Positions 36,956 to 48,512 of a stretch of DNA of 64,000 bases are shown here, in pieces; positions within the stretch are counted from its first letter, which is position 1; every line of letters starts with the position of its first letter. Made by a program: the position numbers and the translations under genes. The notes under the pieces were generated by a model. The model saw nothing but the letters and a program-made list of their open reading frames with translations, searched no databases and was not told where the DNA came from. Origin of the DNA: a virus. The stretch is from positions 32,001 through 96,000 of the IMG/VR virus record IMGVR_UViG_3300045391_006990; one strand, given 5' to 3'.

Positions 36956-38034
36956 GAGCAATCTTCTTCCCAACTAGGAGAAGACCAAGCGCCGCGATCG
37001 TCGATACCAGGACGAGGGTCGAAGCGCGTCGGCTTTAGCACCGGAGGCAGGTACACCTTGCGCTTGGTGAAAACCAGGCTTCCCTGCACCGTGCGCTCAG
37101 TGCCCTGCTCAGCTTCGGCCTTGAGCTCGCATTCGCCGCACACCAGACCTTCGTCCCTGCCGAACGACAGGTTGGTCTTCAAGCTGCAACCGCAGCCAGA
37201 GCAGACCGGATTCAGTGGAGGGATGACGATGTCGTCCGCAGGCTTTTGCATAGCCTCGGAGACTCGTTGCTGCTGCTCTTTGTCCGCAGCAACCTGCCTT
37301 GCGATCTCCGCCTGCAGAGCCTCTTGCTTCTTCAGCATCACATCTTCCTCACCAGCATGGGCGAAGACCTCGGCGCGCGTGAAGATGTGGCTGCACTCCA
37401 ACGCGTCCTTGGAGTCCTCACCGTCGTAGCGCAGCCAGCGGCTGCGTTCTCCACGGCCTTTCATACGGTACGCCATACGGCTTGCGTTAGGGTCAGCCAT
37501 CCAGGTGCAGCCGCTGACCGCATCCGTATTCTTGCGCACGAACATGAACGTACGCGGGGACGCCACAATGTTGGCGCGTTTGCCGATGTGCGTGATGCTC
37601 AAGAACTGGCTCATGACGCTGAGCATCATGCCGCCATGCGCTTCGAGGACCTGCTCGCGACTCTCCGCGTCGACGTTGTTGCTATTGGTGATGTACCGCA
37701 CCATGTAGGCGTGCGGTGAATCATCCAGCCACGTTGAAGGAAGCCCGGTGTTGGGCTCGCCGTTGTTCATGCGCAGGTAGATCTCCAGCGCTTCCCTAAC
37801 CGAGTCAGCCAGGTTGTTGTAGTTCCAGTTCTGATACTGGAACCAGCGGTGACGTACGGTACCGTCCTGCAGCTTGATAGTGAGGCAGTAGTCGTAGTGA
37901 AAGCCGCCGCTGGACTGTTCCTTGCGTTCGCACAGCGACAGGACCTCTGCGAAGTGCTGCAACAGGTCCTTCACCCATTGCTGCTTCGACCAGTGCTCGG
38001 GCCTGCCCTTATTGGTGTTGGTTGCGTAGGTCAT
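36952..38034 (-). CDS. Hypothetical protein, 360 aa
   Basis: AAGGAG SD and AGGGATAAGA upstream. Confidence 0.7.
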   Translation of the reverse strand: MTYATNTNKGRPEHWSKQQWVKDLLQHFAEVLSLCERKEQSSGGFHYDYCLTIKLQDGTVRHRWFQYQNWNYNNLADSVREALEIYLRMNNGEPNTGLPSTWLDDSPHAYMVRYITNSNNVDAESREQVLEAHGGMMLSVMSQFLSITHIGKRANIVASPRTFMFVRKNTDAVSGCTWMADPNASRMAYRMKGRGERSRWLRYDGEDSKDALECSHIFTRAEVFAHAGEEDVMLKKQEALQAEIARQVAADKEQQQRVSEAMQKPADDIVIPPLNPVCSGCGCSLKTNLSFGRDEGLVCGECELKAEAEQGTERTVQGSLVFTKRKVYLPPVLKPTRFDPRPGIDDRGAWSSPSWEEDCS

Positions 38035-38074
38035 GAAACTCCTTCTGGCTTCGTACGAAGCCTCTCAGTGTCTC

Positions 38075-38584
38075 TTATCCCTGGCAGCTGAACCAATCTG
38101 CGAGCTTGTAGCCAAGGGTTTCGAGTACGACGTTGTCGTCGGTGCGCAACTGGGCAAAACGCTGGAACCGCTTAGTGAGCTCGGACGACACCGTCTTTCT
38201 GGACAGTGCTGTCGCCTGCTCTCCGGCCCGGGTGATCACACTGCGATCGCGCAAAGACCATAGGTCAAGAGTAGCCCCCGCGATGTGCTCAACTACAAGC
38301 GCGTCGAACTCGAGCGACTCACGTGTAACCCCGCTGAAGATTCTGATCGCGTCACTCACTTCATCAGACAAGTGTAGCGGCAGGTCCGCTGGGGCTCGTC
38401 GCGTATCCAAGGTGAGCCAGTGCGCGGCTTCATGGAGGAAGTACTCCGTGCGTGCGAACTCGAGTCTGTTAACAATGAGCTCGTCGAAGTCGAGTGAATA
38501 CTTGTTGTAGAGGCCGACCGCGATCTTCTCGCACGTGTCCCAAGCCTTCAGCCGCATCATTCTGGAAGTCTGTTTAGCTGCCAT
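38075..38584 (-). CDS. HExxH-containing hypothetical protein
   Basis: LHEAAH...E. Start uncertain. Confidence 0.5.
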   Translation of the reverse strand: MAAKQTSRMMRLKAWDTCEKIAVGLYNKYSLDFDELIVNRLEFARTEYFLHEAAHWLTLDTRRAPADLPLHLSDEVSDAIRIFSGVTRESLEFDALVVEHIAGATLDLWSLRDRSVITRAGEQATALSRKTVSSELTKRFQRFAQLRTDDNVVLETLGYKLADWFSCQG

Positions 38585-38677
38585 CCTGTCTCTTATTCCC
38601 TGAGGAAGTACAAGCATGTCACGTCGAGGGACAATCTGCGACTTGTACGCAAGATGAACCACCCCTAGGCTAAAAAG

Positions 38678-38839
38678 ATGGTCATCGCCTGGTTCCCCAT
38701 CCTCGTCGCCGTCATCGGTATCCTGCTCTGGTTCATCTCCGCGAACGGCAAGGTCCAGGAAGCAGGCCGCATCATGTTCTTCTGCGGCCTGCTCGCTCTG
38801 TGCTTCGCGCTGTCGCGCGATACCGTCCGCCTACTCTGA
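38678..38839 (+). CDS. Small 2-TM membrane protein, 53 aa, with its own sigma70 leaderless promoter
   Basis: TTGTAC-17-TAGGCT-6 nt-ATG; MVIAWFPILVAVIGILLWFISANGKVQEAGRIMFFCGLLALCFALS... Confidence 0.65.
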   Translation: MVIAWFPILVAVIGILLWFISANGKVQEAGRIMFFCGLLALCFALSRDTVRLL

Positions 38840-41800
38840 GCTCGGTTCGACCCGGCTCATCACCAAGGCGACAGCCTTGTCGATGTCCCACTCGTAGCGA
38901 GCGCGCGTCTGCTTATTGAGCCGCACACGCCAGAGGTGGCCGATGTTGTGGTGGTCCAGCTTGTTCCTGATGTCACTGGGCATGTCCTGCGCCTTCACAT
39001 CGCGAGGCGACGTCTTGGGCGAGAACTTGATGATCTCGATGCCTGTGGGCAGAGCCTGCACGCGCTCCCACATCGAGTTGTAGTCGATGCCCTCAACGAT
39101 AGCCGTCGGGTCCACGAATATGGGCGATGTGGGAGACACCTCTTCCACGAGGTTCATACTCCACTCGTAAGCAGAATCGGAGTGCTTGGCGTACTGTCCG
39201 TCAAGTGGATACAGGAAGCTCTTCGTATCGTGGATACGCAGACAGGCCATCAGTAGATTGGCGCTGTTTTCGGCGAAGCATACGTACTTGTGGCCAGCTC
39301 GGTCCCTATAGAAGCTTCCAAGCTGTAGATGTAGCTGGGGGAGGATAGTAGCTCTCGACACCGTAAATCTCCTTGTTCATACGAAGGCCTTCAACCACAC
39401 GCAGCTCGAAGACCAACTCTTCGCAGAGCCGCTCGCACTCGTCGAGCTCCAGCGTCACGGTGTGGCAGGCACAGCACGCACCAGGGTCCTTGCGTTCGAT
39501 GTAGCGGGCAAGGACCTTGACGTACTTGGGGCTCAAGAAGCCCGAACAGCTCCGACACACGTAGATGATCGGAGCGTTATCGTAACCGGCTACCTCGGCA
39601 TATCCCGCAGGTAGCCTTTCCACCATGCCCATAGCAAGAGCAGGGCGGCCAGGGTGTACAGCACGCCAACCTTCGTCACCAACCACTCCTGGTCGTTCAT
39701 CCATGCGGGCCTCAGCAACTTCATCATCGACGGTTATTATCGCGTGCCCTGATGGCTACATCCAAGCAGGCGCTGAGCGCGAGGATCTCGGAGCGATTCA
39801 TGTCCCCGATGGAGTCGAAGGGGCGCGCCATGTTGTTGAGCTTTGGCAGTATCTCGGTATGGTAGAGCTCCATGTTCAACCGCTGTTGCTCGTGCTTGTC
39901 CACTTCTGTCGGAGCCGGATCTGCCCCTTTGGTACCGCCAGGCATGAGCCGCTCCATGTCTTGATTGAACTCTTGAAGTGCCTGCCCGACTTCTTTGTGC
40001 TCGCCGTCGACCTTCTCCATGAACAGGAGCACCATGTTGACCAGCGAGCCGAGCGTTTGCATGCCCTGCTCGATTTTGCCGATAGCCACGTGCGATGGCA
40101 TGTCGGCCAACGGCGTGGGGCCTCGCAGACTGGGGTCGATGACGTGCTTCTTGAACTCTTCGAATTCCGTGCGCGCATGACGAAGCCAGTCTTCGCCCTC
40201 CATGTCGGGCGCATCGTCGAGCTCCTGCTTCACCTCTTCGGTGCTGCGCCCTTCCAGTGGTACGGAGAGTGTGGCGATCCAACCACGAATGGCTGAACGC
40301 GAGAACCCGCGATTGCGGTTGACCAGGTCCTGCATGTACCCGAGCGCGTAGCTCAACCGGCGCGTCGTGTCTTTGCTGAGCTCCTGATAGTCCCTGTACT
40401 GCTTGGTATCCACCAATGTCTTGCCGTTGAGCAGCCCTTCGACCGTTTTGATGAACGCGGTTAGGTAACGCGGCGGTACCTCATGCAGGAAGGCGGTGCT
40501 GCTGTCTCGATTCTTTTCCCAAAGGTCGTCGAGCTTGGTCAGCAGCTCTTGGTCACCGCTGTACTTGAGCAGCTCATCGTTGAAAGTTCTAGGCATTACT
40601 TCATCCTTGCGCGGGCTGCGCCCACGCGGGCATTGAGGATCCGGACGGCGTCGCGGAACTCACCGCGCATAGTGACGCCCTCAGTGGACGACAAAGGCCA
40701 GCCGGCGGCTTCGATGAATTCGAGCACCTTCTGCGCCGCGTCGACCAGGTCCTTTTGCTGTTTCTCTTCGTCCTCATCGGGTAGCAGCTGCCCGAAGCCC
40801 ATGGAGGCTACGGTCTTGAGCGTTTCACGCCGTTTGGCGTACAACTCACTATTGCGCAGGTGCGCCGGCACGTCGGCAATTTCCATGAACTCGGTCGCTG
40901 CGTTCATCACCGCCTGCAGCCGATCTCCCATAGCTTCACGATTCATCCACGTTCTCCTTCGCCAGTCATCCACGTAAGCCCGCAGTCAGGGCACGTGTAC
41001 ATGAGGCAGATGTTGGACCAAGGCGGGCCTCTCCTTTTGCATTCGGAGCACGGCCCGCTCTTCATCCTACGGTGCGTACAGGTAAGGCCGCGCAGCACGA
41101 GCAGCGCAGCATGTAGTTTCACGCTCACGACAGGTTCTCGGTGAACACGCACCTCGTGAAGGCCAGCACTTGGCCGTGTACGAGCTGCCAATCCATGAGG
41201 AACCCGCGCTCCTTCCAGAAGTCGGTGACGAGCTCGATGACGTCGGGGCGCAAGTCACCGTTGGGCAGGCGCGCACAGTCCTGCACGAAGCGCACGAACT
41301 CTGTCCGATGCCTGCCCATGCGGCGAGCGTGCAGTGGCGCCTCGAGCGGCACGTGCGGCTCGCCCATCAGCCTCAGTGCGTCTCCCCAGAGGATTCGGTA
41401 TCCGGGTTGTCCCGATCGATGCGCATGTACTCCCGAACACCGTCCATCCACCACACGTACCACGTGCTTCCTTCGACTCGAGCCTTTTCCACGATGCTTT
41501 CCCATGACTCACCATCCCAGAGCTGGCTGATCGCAGCCATGCTCGTCTTGTCCTGGCTCTCGATAGTTGCGTTGATCCAGGTGCTGAGCGAGAAGCTGTA
41601 GTACTCCTCGTCCTGACTTTCCAGCTGGATGATACTACCGTTTGGGAACTGTTCGTTTAGCGGCATCGACATGCGGCTTCTCCTTGGACGCACCTTTCAC
41701 CGAGCTGCGCACCAGCACGAACTCACGCATCCCCGGTGTGGTTGGAGGCACCTCTTCAAAGCGCAGGCCCTTCTTTCTACTTGCCATCGAACCTCCTCGG

Positions 41801-43659
41801 CAGGCGCTGGCGGTACTTTAGCTGCAGCACCAACACCACCCAGTAAAAGTTGCCGCCTACGAGCAGCAACCCTGCTCCAAACGAGAACCACTGCCCGAGA
41901 CTCGGGTAGTAGAAGATGTTCCAAAGACCCCACGCTGTGAAGAAGGCGGTGGTGGGCCAATAGACTCCCTTGACTTCGCGCTCTTCCAGCAATTGGAAGT
42001 AGTTGCGCCAAGTGAAGTAGGCACCAACCAACTCGAAGAGCGCGTTCACGATGTCATTCCAACTCATCGGTTCTCCAGTTACTTGTGGGCGATGTAGCCG
42101 CTGAAGGCGTCACTCGGCCCCGTCTACTTCTGGTTTTCCGTCGTATCTGACCCATGCGATAGCCTCCGGTTTGACGCACACGACCTTGTCGATAAAGAGC
42201 AGCGGGTAGTTGCCGTCTGTACGACAGCGAGCAAAGAGCCGGTTACGCCGCTCCTGCACCAGCTGCCTGTAACCTTCTTCGGCAAGTGCTACGGCCTTCC
42301 CGCGCTCAGCCTCCTGTGCGGACTTGTCTTTCTCGGCGGTACGCTCGATCTTCGCTAGGGCCCAGTATCGGCGGAACACGACGGTAGCTCCGATCACCAC
42401 ACTGAAGACGACGAACAACCAAACCCAAAGAGGGATGCCTGGTTCCTTGATGTAGCGCCGTTGCATGCGGTTGAGCTCTTGTTGGTTCATGTAGCAAAGT
42501 TCTCCTTGGGGCATGAAGGACGCTCGAATTCGCTGGGCGTGCAGTAGAAGCAGCCAGCGTCGAAGGCGCCGTCGCAGGCACAACCGTGCTCGGCGATCTT
42601 GCAGTTGTTGCACTTCCCACAGACGCCCTTGAGCGCGCGGCTCGTGCAGGTGCAGACAGCATAGTCCTCACGCTCTTCTTCGGTCATCTTGAAGGCGACC
42701 GTGCGCGGCATGTTTTCTGGCAGCGTGTAGTACAGCTTACCGCCACAAAGGGCGCAGTGTTTGGTCAGGTCCATCATGGTTTCCTCATCGTTCGAAGCAA
42801 CTTGGCGAAGTCTCCGCAGGTGTAACGATACTTCTCGACGATGGCTGCTTCATTCATCTCTGCGATCAGCAGCTCATCTGGGCTTGGAACAAGGTCGCGT
42901 AGTTTCGGGTGTAGGTAGATGGCTTGCTCAGCATTTGCCATGCTGCCGTACTTCTCGAACTCTTTGGATTCGTGCTTGATGCCAACCATGTAAGCCAACA
43001 TCCGCAAGTTGAATCTCCCGAGATTCGCAAGCTTATCAACCGAGAGCTTCTTGAGCTCTACAACCGGCACCTTCCTAACATCGGCTATACTTAGCGGCTT
43101 CTTACCGAAGGCCATTCAAGCATGCACTTCCTGCAGCTGCCTGCGCAGCACACGGCGGTCGACCTCGGTGAGCTCGCCGAGCTTCAACGTACGCTTCGGG
43201 CCGCCACCACGCTTCGCCAGGTTGATGAGGAAGCGGATGATGTAGAAGAACATGTAGCCGCACATCAAGATGGTGCTCAGCGCCATGGTCTTCGCACTGT
43301 GCTCATCCCCCTTGTGGTCCAGGAAGCTGTACCAGCTGTAGGCATAGGCGCCCCAGAGTACGGAGAAGACGCGCCGGCTCGCACCCGTCAACGAGCAGAT
43401 GCGGAGCCCACGCCAGTACGACCACATGAGGAAGAGTGCCAAGCCCAGCGCGATCAGCACCCTACCCAACAACATGGCGCTCCAGCCAGTTGGTCACGAG
43501 CGGTAGAAGCTCGTCGACCTCGGCGCCCTCACATACCGGCGAGTAGGTGCCGAGGTCTATGCAGATTTGCTCTGGCGTCTGGTTCATCAGATCGACAGGG
43601 CCGTCGTTTTCGACACTGTTATCGAGCTCTGCGTCGATCAGTTCTTGTGTGATTCCCAT
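38831..43659 (-). other. Run of hypothetical genes (38831-39361, 39306-39704, 39724-40596, 40596-40946, 41125-41505, 41373-41693, 41777-42067 membrane, 42110-~42490, 42487-42777, 42774-43115, 43116-43475 membrane, 43462-43659)
   Basis: Tightly packed co-directional ORFs downstream of GGGCATAAGA (43681-43690). Confidence 0.6.
42774..43115 (-). CDS. Rho-N/HeH-like helical domain protein (paralog 3)
   Basis: KLANLGRFNLRMLAYMVGI...NAEQAIYLH. Confidence 0.6.
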   Translation of the reverse strand: MAFGKKPLSIADVRKVPVVELKKLSVDKLANLGRFNLRMLAYMVGIKHESKEFEKYGSMANAEQAIYLHPKLRDLVPSPDELLIAEMNEAAIVEKYRYTCGDFAKLLRTMRKP

Positions 43660-43690
43660 GCGGGACTGCTCCTTCGAGCCTCTTATGCCC

Positions 43691-43733
43691 TAAAAAAGAA
43701 GGCCCTAGCACTGTTAGGTGCCAAGGCCTTTCT
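43691..43733 (-). terminator. Rho-independent terminator
   Basis: AAGGCCTTGGCAC-ctaaca-GTGCTAGGGCCTT-CTTTTTT. Confidence 0.85.
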
Positions 43734-43752
43734 AGCTGAGGCGGTGCCTGCT

Positions 43753-45378
43753 CTACGCTTCTTCGACCAACACGTCGCAGAAGCCGTTGCCAAGTGCTGT
43801 CTTGTAGACCATGCGGGCGAAGCCCTCTTCCGAAGGGCGTAGCACGCCTTCGTACTCGCCGGTGGACTTGATGCCGTACGGAGCTAGATGATGGACCAGC
43901 TCGTTGCGGGGCATAGTCAGCAGCCCGCTGTCGAGGACAATGATCGCCGTAGGACGTTTGGTGTCCTGCAGCAAGTCGTTGGCGGTATCGAGATTCTTCG
44001 TGAGAAGTTCTTCGAGTTGCGCGGACAAACCACCGTGGCTGTCGTTTTTGAACAAAGCAGCGAGTTTCATTCGGATACTTCTTTCTTGGTGATGAGCTTC
44101 TCGACGGTCTCACGATTGCGGTGAGCATCGCAGAGGTAAAAATGTCGGTGGTTGCCCAGGAACGCAACGCCGGCCGTGAACTCCTTGCAACCATCGGCCT
44201 TGCAGCGATGAAGTTGGTCGGGTTCGGCCGGCGCCTCATGGAGCCGCAGCTGGTGATCGAGCTCGTACTGCCGGTAGCAGGCCTCGGCCTCCGCCGCAGT
44301 GGCGTGCCCATCCGAATGGAACTTGTCCTTGAACGGGCGCTTCTCTTCGATGTCGCGCTCGAGCGACTCCTTCAGGTTCTTGTCCCACGCGGCAGTGCCG
44401 TAGTCGGACATCTCCTTCCAGCCAGCACAGTAGCCAATGGGGTGCGGCTGCGTACTGCCGGTGGAGGAGGTGTAGTCGTAGCGTTGGTCAGACTTGCGCT
44501 GCAGAGCTTGGTAGTACGTGGTCATGGGGTCTGATTGTAACCTCCACCACGCACAGAGCTCCAGCCGCGCTAACCATCGCTCTCCATCCTACCTTCTACC
44601 GGCAGAAGAACACCCACGCCACAAGAAGGGCACTCGCCCTTGCGCTTGATGGCATGGCGCTGCGTCTGTCCCTGCCAACCGCAACCGTCGACGCGCTCGC
44701 CGTTGGGCTTGACCGTCTTGCAGCGCACCAGGATTTGGCCTTCAGCCAGGGCTGCCTGGCCCAAAGCTTGTGCGCTGAGCGAGTACGCAGTCCAGCTCTG
44801 CTTGTCCTTGGAGTAGATGGTGATCTGGATGCCGTTGCCGCTGAGGTAGGGCTCGACGGTGACTCTGCGCCCGTCGGGCAAGTCCGCTGTTGCACCAACC
44901 TGGCGCATGGAGAGCGTGTTTTCAGTCACCAGCGCTTCAACGTGAAGCGTCGTCGTCCGTTCCGGTCTCTTGCTGCTTTCGTTCATTGATCCTCACCGGC
45001 ATGGGGTCGTATCGGCATCTTGCACATTGATGATGGCAGAGGGGACGTGACGCATGCCGACGGCTGTGCCGCCAGCGATGTAGTGAAGAACGATCTTGGT
45101 GCCGTCCTTGAGCCAGGCACAGGTGAAGCTGTCGTCACGGACTTGACCCACTACTCTTGCGACACAGCCGGATTCGTGGCGATCCCGCTTGACCTTCTCG
45201 AGAGCCCAGGCTTCTTCGAAGGAGTTCCAAGCCTCTAGTAGGTCGCTGGCATTCTCGCGACTTTCACCAGCCTCCTCTTCGTCGAGCAGGTGCTCGGCCT
45301 CGCCCACCTCAGCCGCGGACAGAAGATCGGCAACCGCGCTCTTTACGCAGATGCCGAGCCGCTTGATGACCTCTTCCA
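43753..45378 (-). other. Hypothetical genes (43753-44070, 44067-44525, 44570-44986, 44993-~45379)
   Basis: Co-directional ORFs, some with CxxC motifs. Confidence 0.55.
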
Positions 45379-45789
45379 TCACGCATCCTTCTGAGGCTTG
45401 GGCTCGTTGGCGCACAAGTGCGGGTGGCTCTTGCAGCTCTCGCAGAAGGCGATGCGCACGATGTGCCCTGTGGGCGTGCCCAAGAAATGGTCGCGCTTGC
45501 GGTACCAACCCTCGTACGCTGCTTCATTGGGGCAACCAGGGAACTCGCACGGGATGACCGGCGGAGCAACGACGGGAGCGCGCGTGTTCCACTTGCGAAT
45601 CGCCTCACGCTTGAGCTGCTGAAGCTGCTCGTCGCTTTGACCACCTAGAAAGGGCGGACCGCCTGCACCTCCATCTGGCCCCATCATGCCGCAGCCATCG
45701 CCATTGCAAATGACGAAGCCTCCGTCATCGTCGTACTCGATTTCGTTGCTGCCGCAGAATGGGCAGGGAAGTAGCGAGGGTACGCTCAT
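45379..45789 (-). CDS. Lar-family restriction-alleviation-like protein
   Basis: LLPCPFCGS...C...CG..GP...EAIRKWNTRA. Confidence 0.7.
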   Translation of the reverse strand: MSVPSLLPCPFCGSNEIEYDDDGGFVICNGDGCGMMGPDGGAGGPPFLGGQSDEQLQQLKREAIRKWNTRAPVVAPPVIPCEFPGCPNEAAYEGWYRKRDHFLGTPTGHIVRIAFCESCKSHPHLCANEPKPQKDA

Positions 45790-46671
45790 CGAGGTTTGAT
45801 TCCTGACCGGTCAAGGTCGATGGCCAAGTTGCGTAGGTGCCCACGCAAGTTGCGCAGCGCAGCCTTGAAGCTGGACGAGGTGAGGCCGGGATTCACGTTG
45901 CAGCTGCTGAACAGCGCAACAGCCAGCCACTTGTGCGGGCCCTGCATGCCCAAGTTGATGGTGAAGCGGCCGTTGCTCCCGCTGTAGAACGGGGCTTCAT
46001 ACTCCTCGCGGCGCCTGAGGATCATCCCGAACGTGCGGATATTCTCCGGCAGCTCGAGCTTCTTGATGAGCTCTGCGTCGGTGGGCTCTTTGCTCATGAA
46101 GCTGCTGCTTTCTCACGCCAGAAGGGTGCGTAGGCGAAGGGGACGTCGAGCCACTGCTCATGGTCGATGTCGTCCTTGAATGGCGTGTACGTGTGCTTGT
46201 GCTTTTCGATGAGCTCGCGAGCCAGCGGGCTGTCTTTGACGTACAGGTCCGACTCGTGATGGTCGAGCGTGAAGCCCTCTTTGACGAGCTCGTCGTAGAG
46301 CTCGTCGGATTCCGGGCGCTTGCCGTTGTTGATCACGAAGCTACTTCTCCTTCCACGAGGTCGAGCATGTAGTCGCAGACGTTGGCTGGGCGCAGTTGAC
46401 CAGGTGGAGGGGCCGTGGAGCAGCGGTACTGCGCCCAACCACCAGGCATGCCGCCTTTGTCACCTTGCTGGCGAGTGTGGTCGACGTAGCGAGCAATGGG
46501 TGCGCCGCACTGCGGGCACACGCCGTTGTAGAGCAGCTTGTACTCCTCGATGAAGCCGTCGATTTGCCTGTCGATCTCGGCCGTTGGGATGCCCATCTGC
46601 TTGTAGCGCTCGATGGCGTCCGCGTAGAACTCGCGCTTCGTACGCGATTCGAGAGCTTTATTCATCTTCGC

Positions 46672-47040
46672 TCACCTCATGAAGAACAGGTCGACCCTGC
46701 GGTTTTGGTACATCCACACCTCGACATGCTTGGCGTCTCTCGACCCCGAGTACTCCCACGCCCTAGCAACTTGCGCCCTGGTTTTGACGGGGCGCAGGCC
46801 AGCTTTGTGCAGCTGCTGCCAGACCTCCAGCACGTCGATCTTGGCTGTGCTGTTAGGGAAGAGCACCAAATCGAGGTCGTTGCTCGACTGGCCCTTGATA
46901 AGTACGCTGCCGATGAGCCCTACGTGAAAACCAACAGGTGCCAGTGCTTCCTCGAGCACACGCGCGAGTATCAAGGCGCCCGTCAACGTCCATGCCGTGG
47001 TTGACTCACTCACTGTACTTACCCTCGTCGCCGTCGTCAT
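46672..47040 (-). CDS. Minimal nucleotidyltransferase-like protein
   Basis: GLIGSVL......DLDLV ... VDL matches the pol-beta GS/DxD/D pattern. Confidence 0.55.
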   Translation of the reverse strand: MTTATRVSTVSESTTAWTLTGALILARVLEEALAPVGFHVGLIGSVLIKGQSSNDLDLVLFPNSTAKIDVLEVWQQLHKAGLRPVKTRAQVARAWEYSGSRDAKHVEVWMYQNRRVDLFFMR

Positions 47041-47787
47041 CGCCTATGGGGTTTTCGAAGCCGTACTTGACGGCCACGGCCTTGAACAGCGGCAGGCCGT
47101 ACTGCGCGTAGTCCTCGAAGCTCTGCAGCTCATCATCGAGGACCCACATCCACATCTTCACGCAGCTGTACATGAGCGACGACGAGATGCCGCGCTGGTT
47201 GAGCGCCTTCTCGAAGCCAAACTCTACATCCTGAGCGAGCTGCTTCTTCACCTCTTCTTCGGTGAAGTCGCGCACCTCCCACTCGGCGCCCTCTTTGAGC
47301 TCCATACCGAACTTGCCCAAGTCGGACTCGGGGAAGAACTGAGCGAGCCGTGAGAAGTCGCGACCATCAATCGCGTTCGACTTCAGCTTCTCTTCTGCAA
47401 TTGCTTCCAAGACCTGTTCACGTGTCTTCATTGTCATCTTCCTGCTCGAGCACCCATGGCTCAAACATCACGTAGTAGATGCAGCGCAGCGCCTGCACCA
47501 GTTGATACACGCACCATGTGCCAAGGCCCGACCAGAACAGCTTGTCCAGCTGGGTCACACGTCGACTTCGCCTTCGTCGACCGATGCAAAGGTTGTCGTT
47601 GCTAGCCACACCCTGACTTGAATGGCCAAGTTCTCTAGCGCATCGGCCTTGGTGCGTCCCGGGTAGCCGAAGATGCGCATGCCACTCGGGGAGAGCCAAC
47701 TGGCGGTGTACGGCTTCTCCGGGTGATAATCGACACCCTTAGCTTCTGCTTTGTCAGCATCGACCTTCGTGACCGTTGCCGTGACCT

Positions 47788-48312
47788 TCACGGTAACTCC
47801 TGCCAACGCTTGCGCATGTGGTCGATGACGTCGGGAGGCACGCTGTGGATAGATTCGAACGGCCCCTTCGCTTCCACGATGTGAAACGGGAAGCCCAGCT
47901 CCATGTAGGGCCTGAGCTCTTCAAGGAGCACGAACGTGTTGGTGACCACCACGCGCTTGCCGTTGTTGAGCATGACGCGTGTTGTATTCGCGCACCAAGA
48001 ATGGGCTGCGAGAGCGCTCGTGGTCCGGTACACGTACCTGCCGCGCTCCATGTGGAACATGTCCGCTTCGAGGTGCATGTCGAAGTACCCGCGCTCCAGC
48101 AGGGACTTGGCCATGGTCGACTTGCCAGCACCGGGTAAGCCCCTGATGAGCAACAGCTGGGCTTGGCGCACGTCTTCCGACGGTGCCTCGAGGCACCACA
48201 TCGAGCACCACCAACGCCTCGTACCTGCGTGATTGTCGTTGTGGCCTATTGGGCTGCGGTCGGTCTTCTCCACACCGCAGACCTCACAGAACTCTCGATC
48301 AAGTAGTGCCAT
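47788..48312 (-). CDS. P-loop kinase/ATPase (AAA_33, polynucleotide-kinase-like)
   Basis: IRGLPGAGKST, EADMF, VVVTNTF and SIHSVP...M..RWQ. Confidence 0.8.
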   Translation of the reverse strand: MALLDREFCEVCGVEKTDRSPIGHNDNHAGTRRWWCSMWCLEAPSEDVRQAQLLLIRGLPGAGKSTMAKSLLERGYFDMHLEADMFHMERGRYVYRTTSALAAHSWCANTTRVMLNNGKRVVVTNTFVLLEELRPYMELGFPFHIVEAKGPFESIHSVPPDVIDHMRKRWQELP

Positions 48313-48512
48313 CGCCCACCTCGTGCTGACGGCACAGCTTCCCCATGCAGGAGCTGCAGAGCCCCATGTCGACTGCGTAAGAGCCAGTCACATCGAGGGC
48401 TGCCGAGCAAGAAGAGCAGGGGCTGGGCCGCGCCAGCCGGCGGTAGATCAACACCAGGAGTGCCGTTAGTAACGCTGCGATGATGTATTTCATGGTCGTT
48501 GGTCCTCGTAGT

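Noticed and set aside
13228-47040. Near-matches to the tag outside the array (SSKMEDVL in 13228..13665, ARVLEEAL in 46672..47040)
   Set aside because: Each lacks an invariant residue and the upstream acidic position, so they are compatible with chance.
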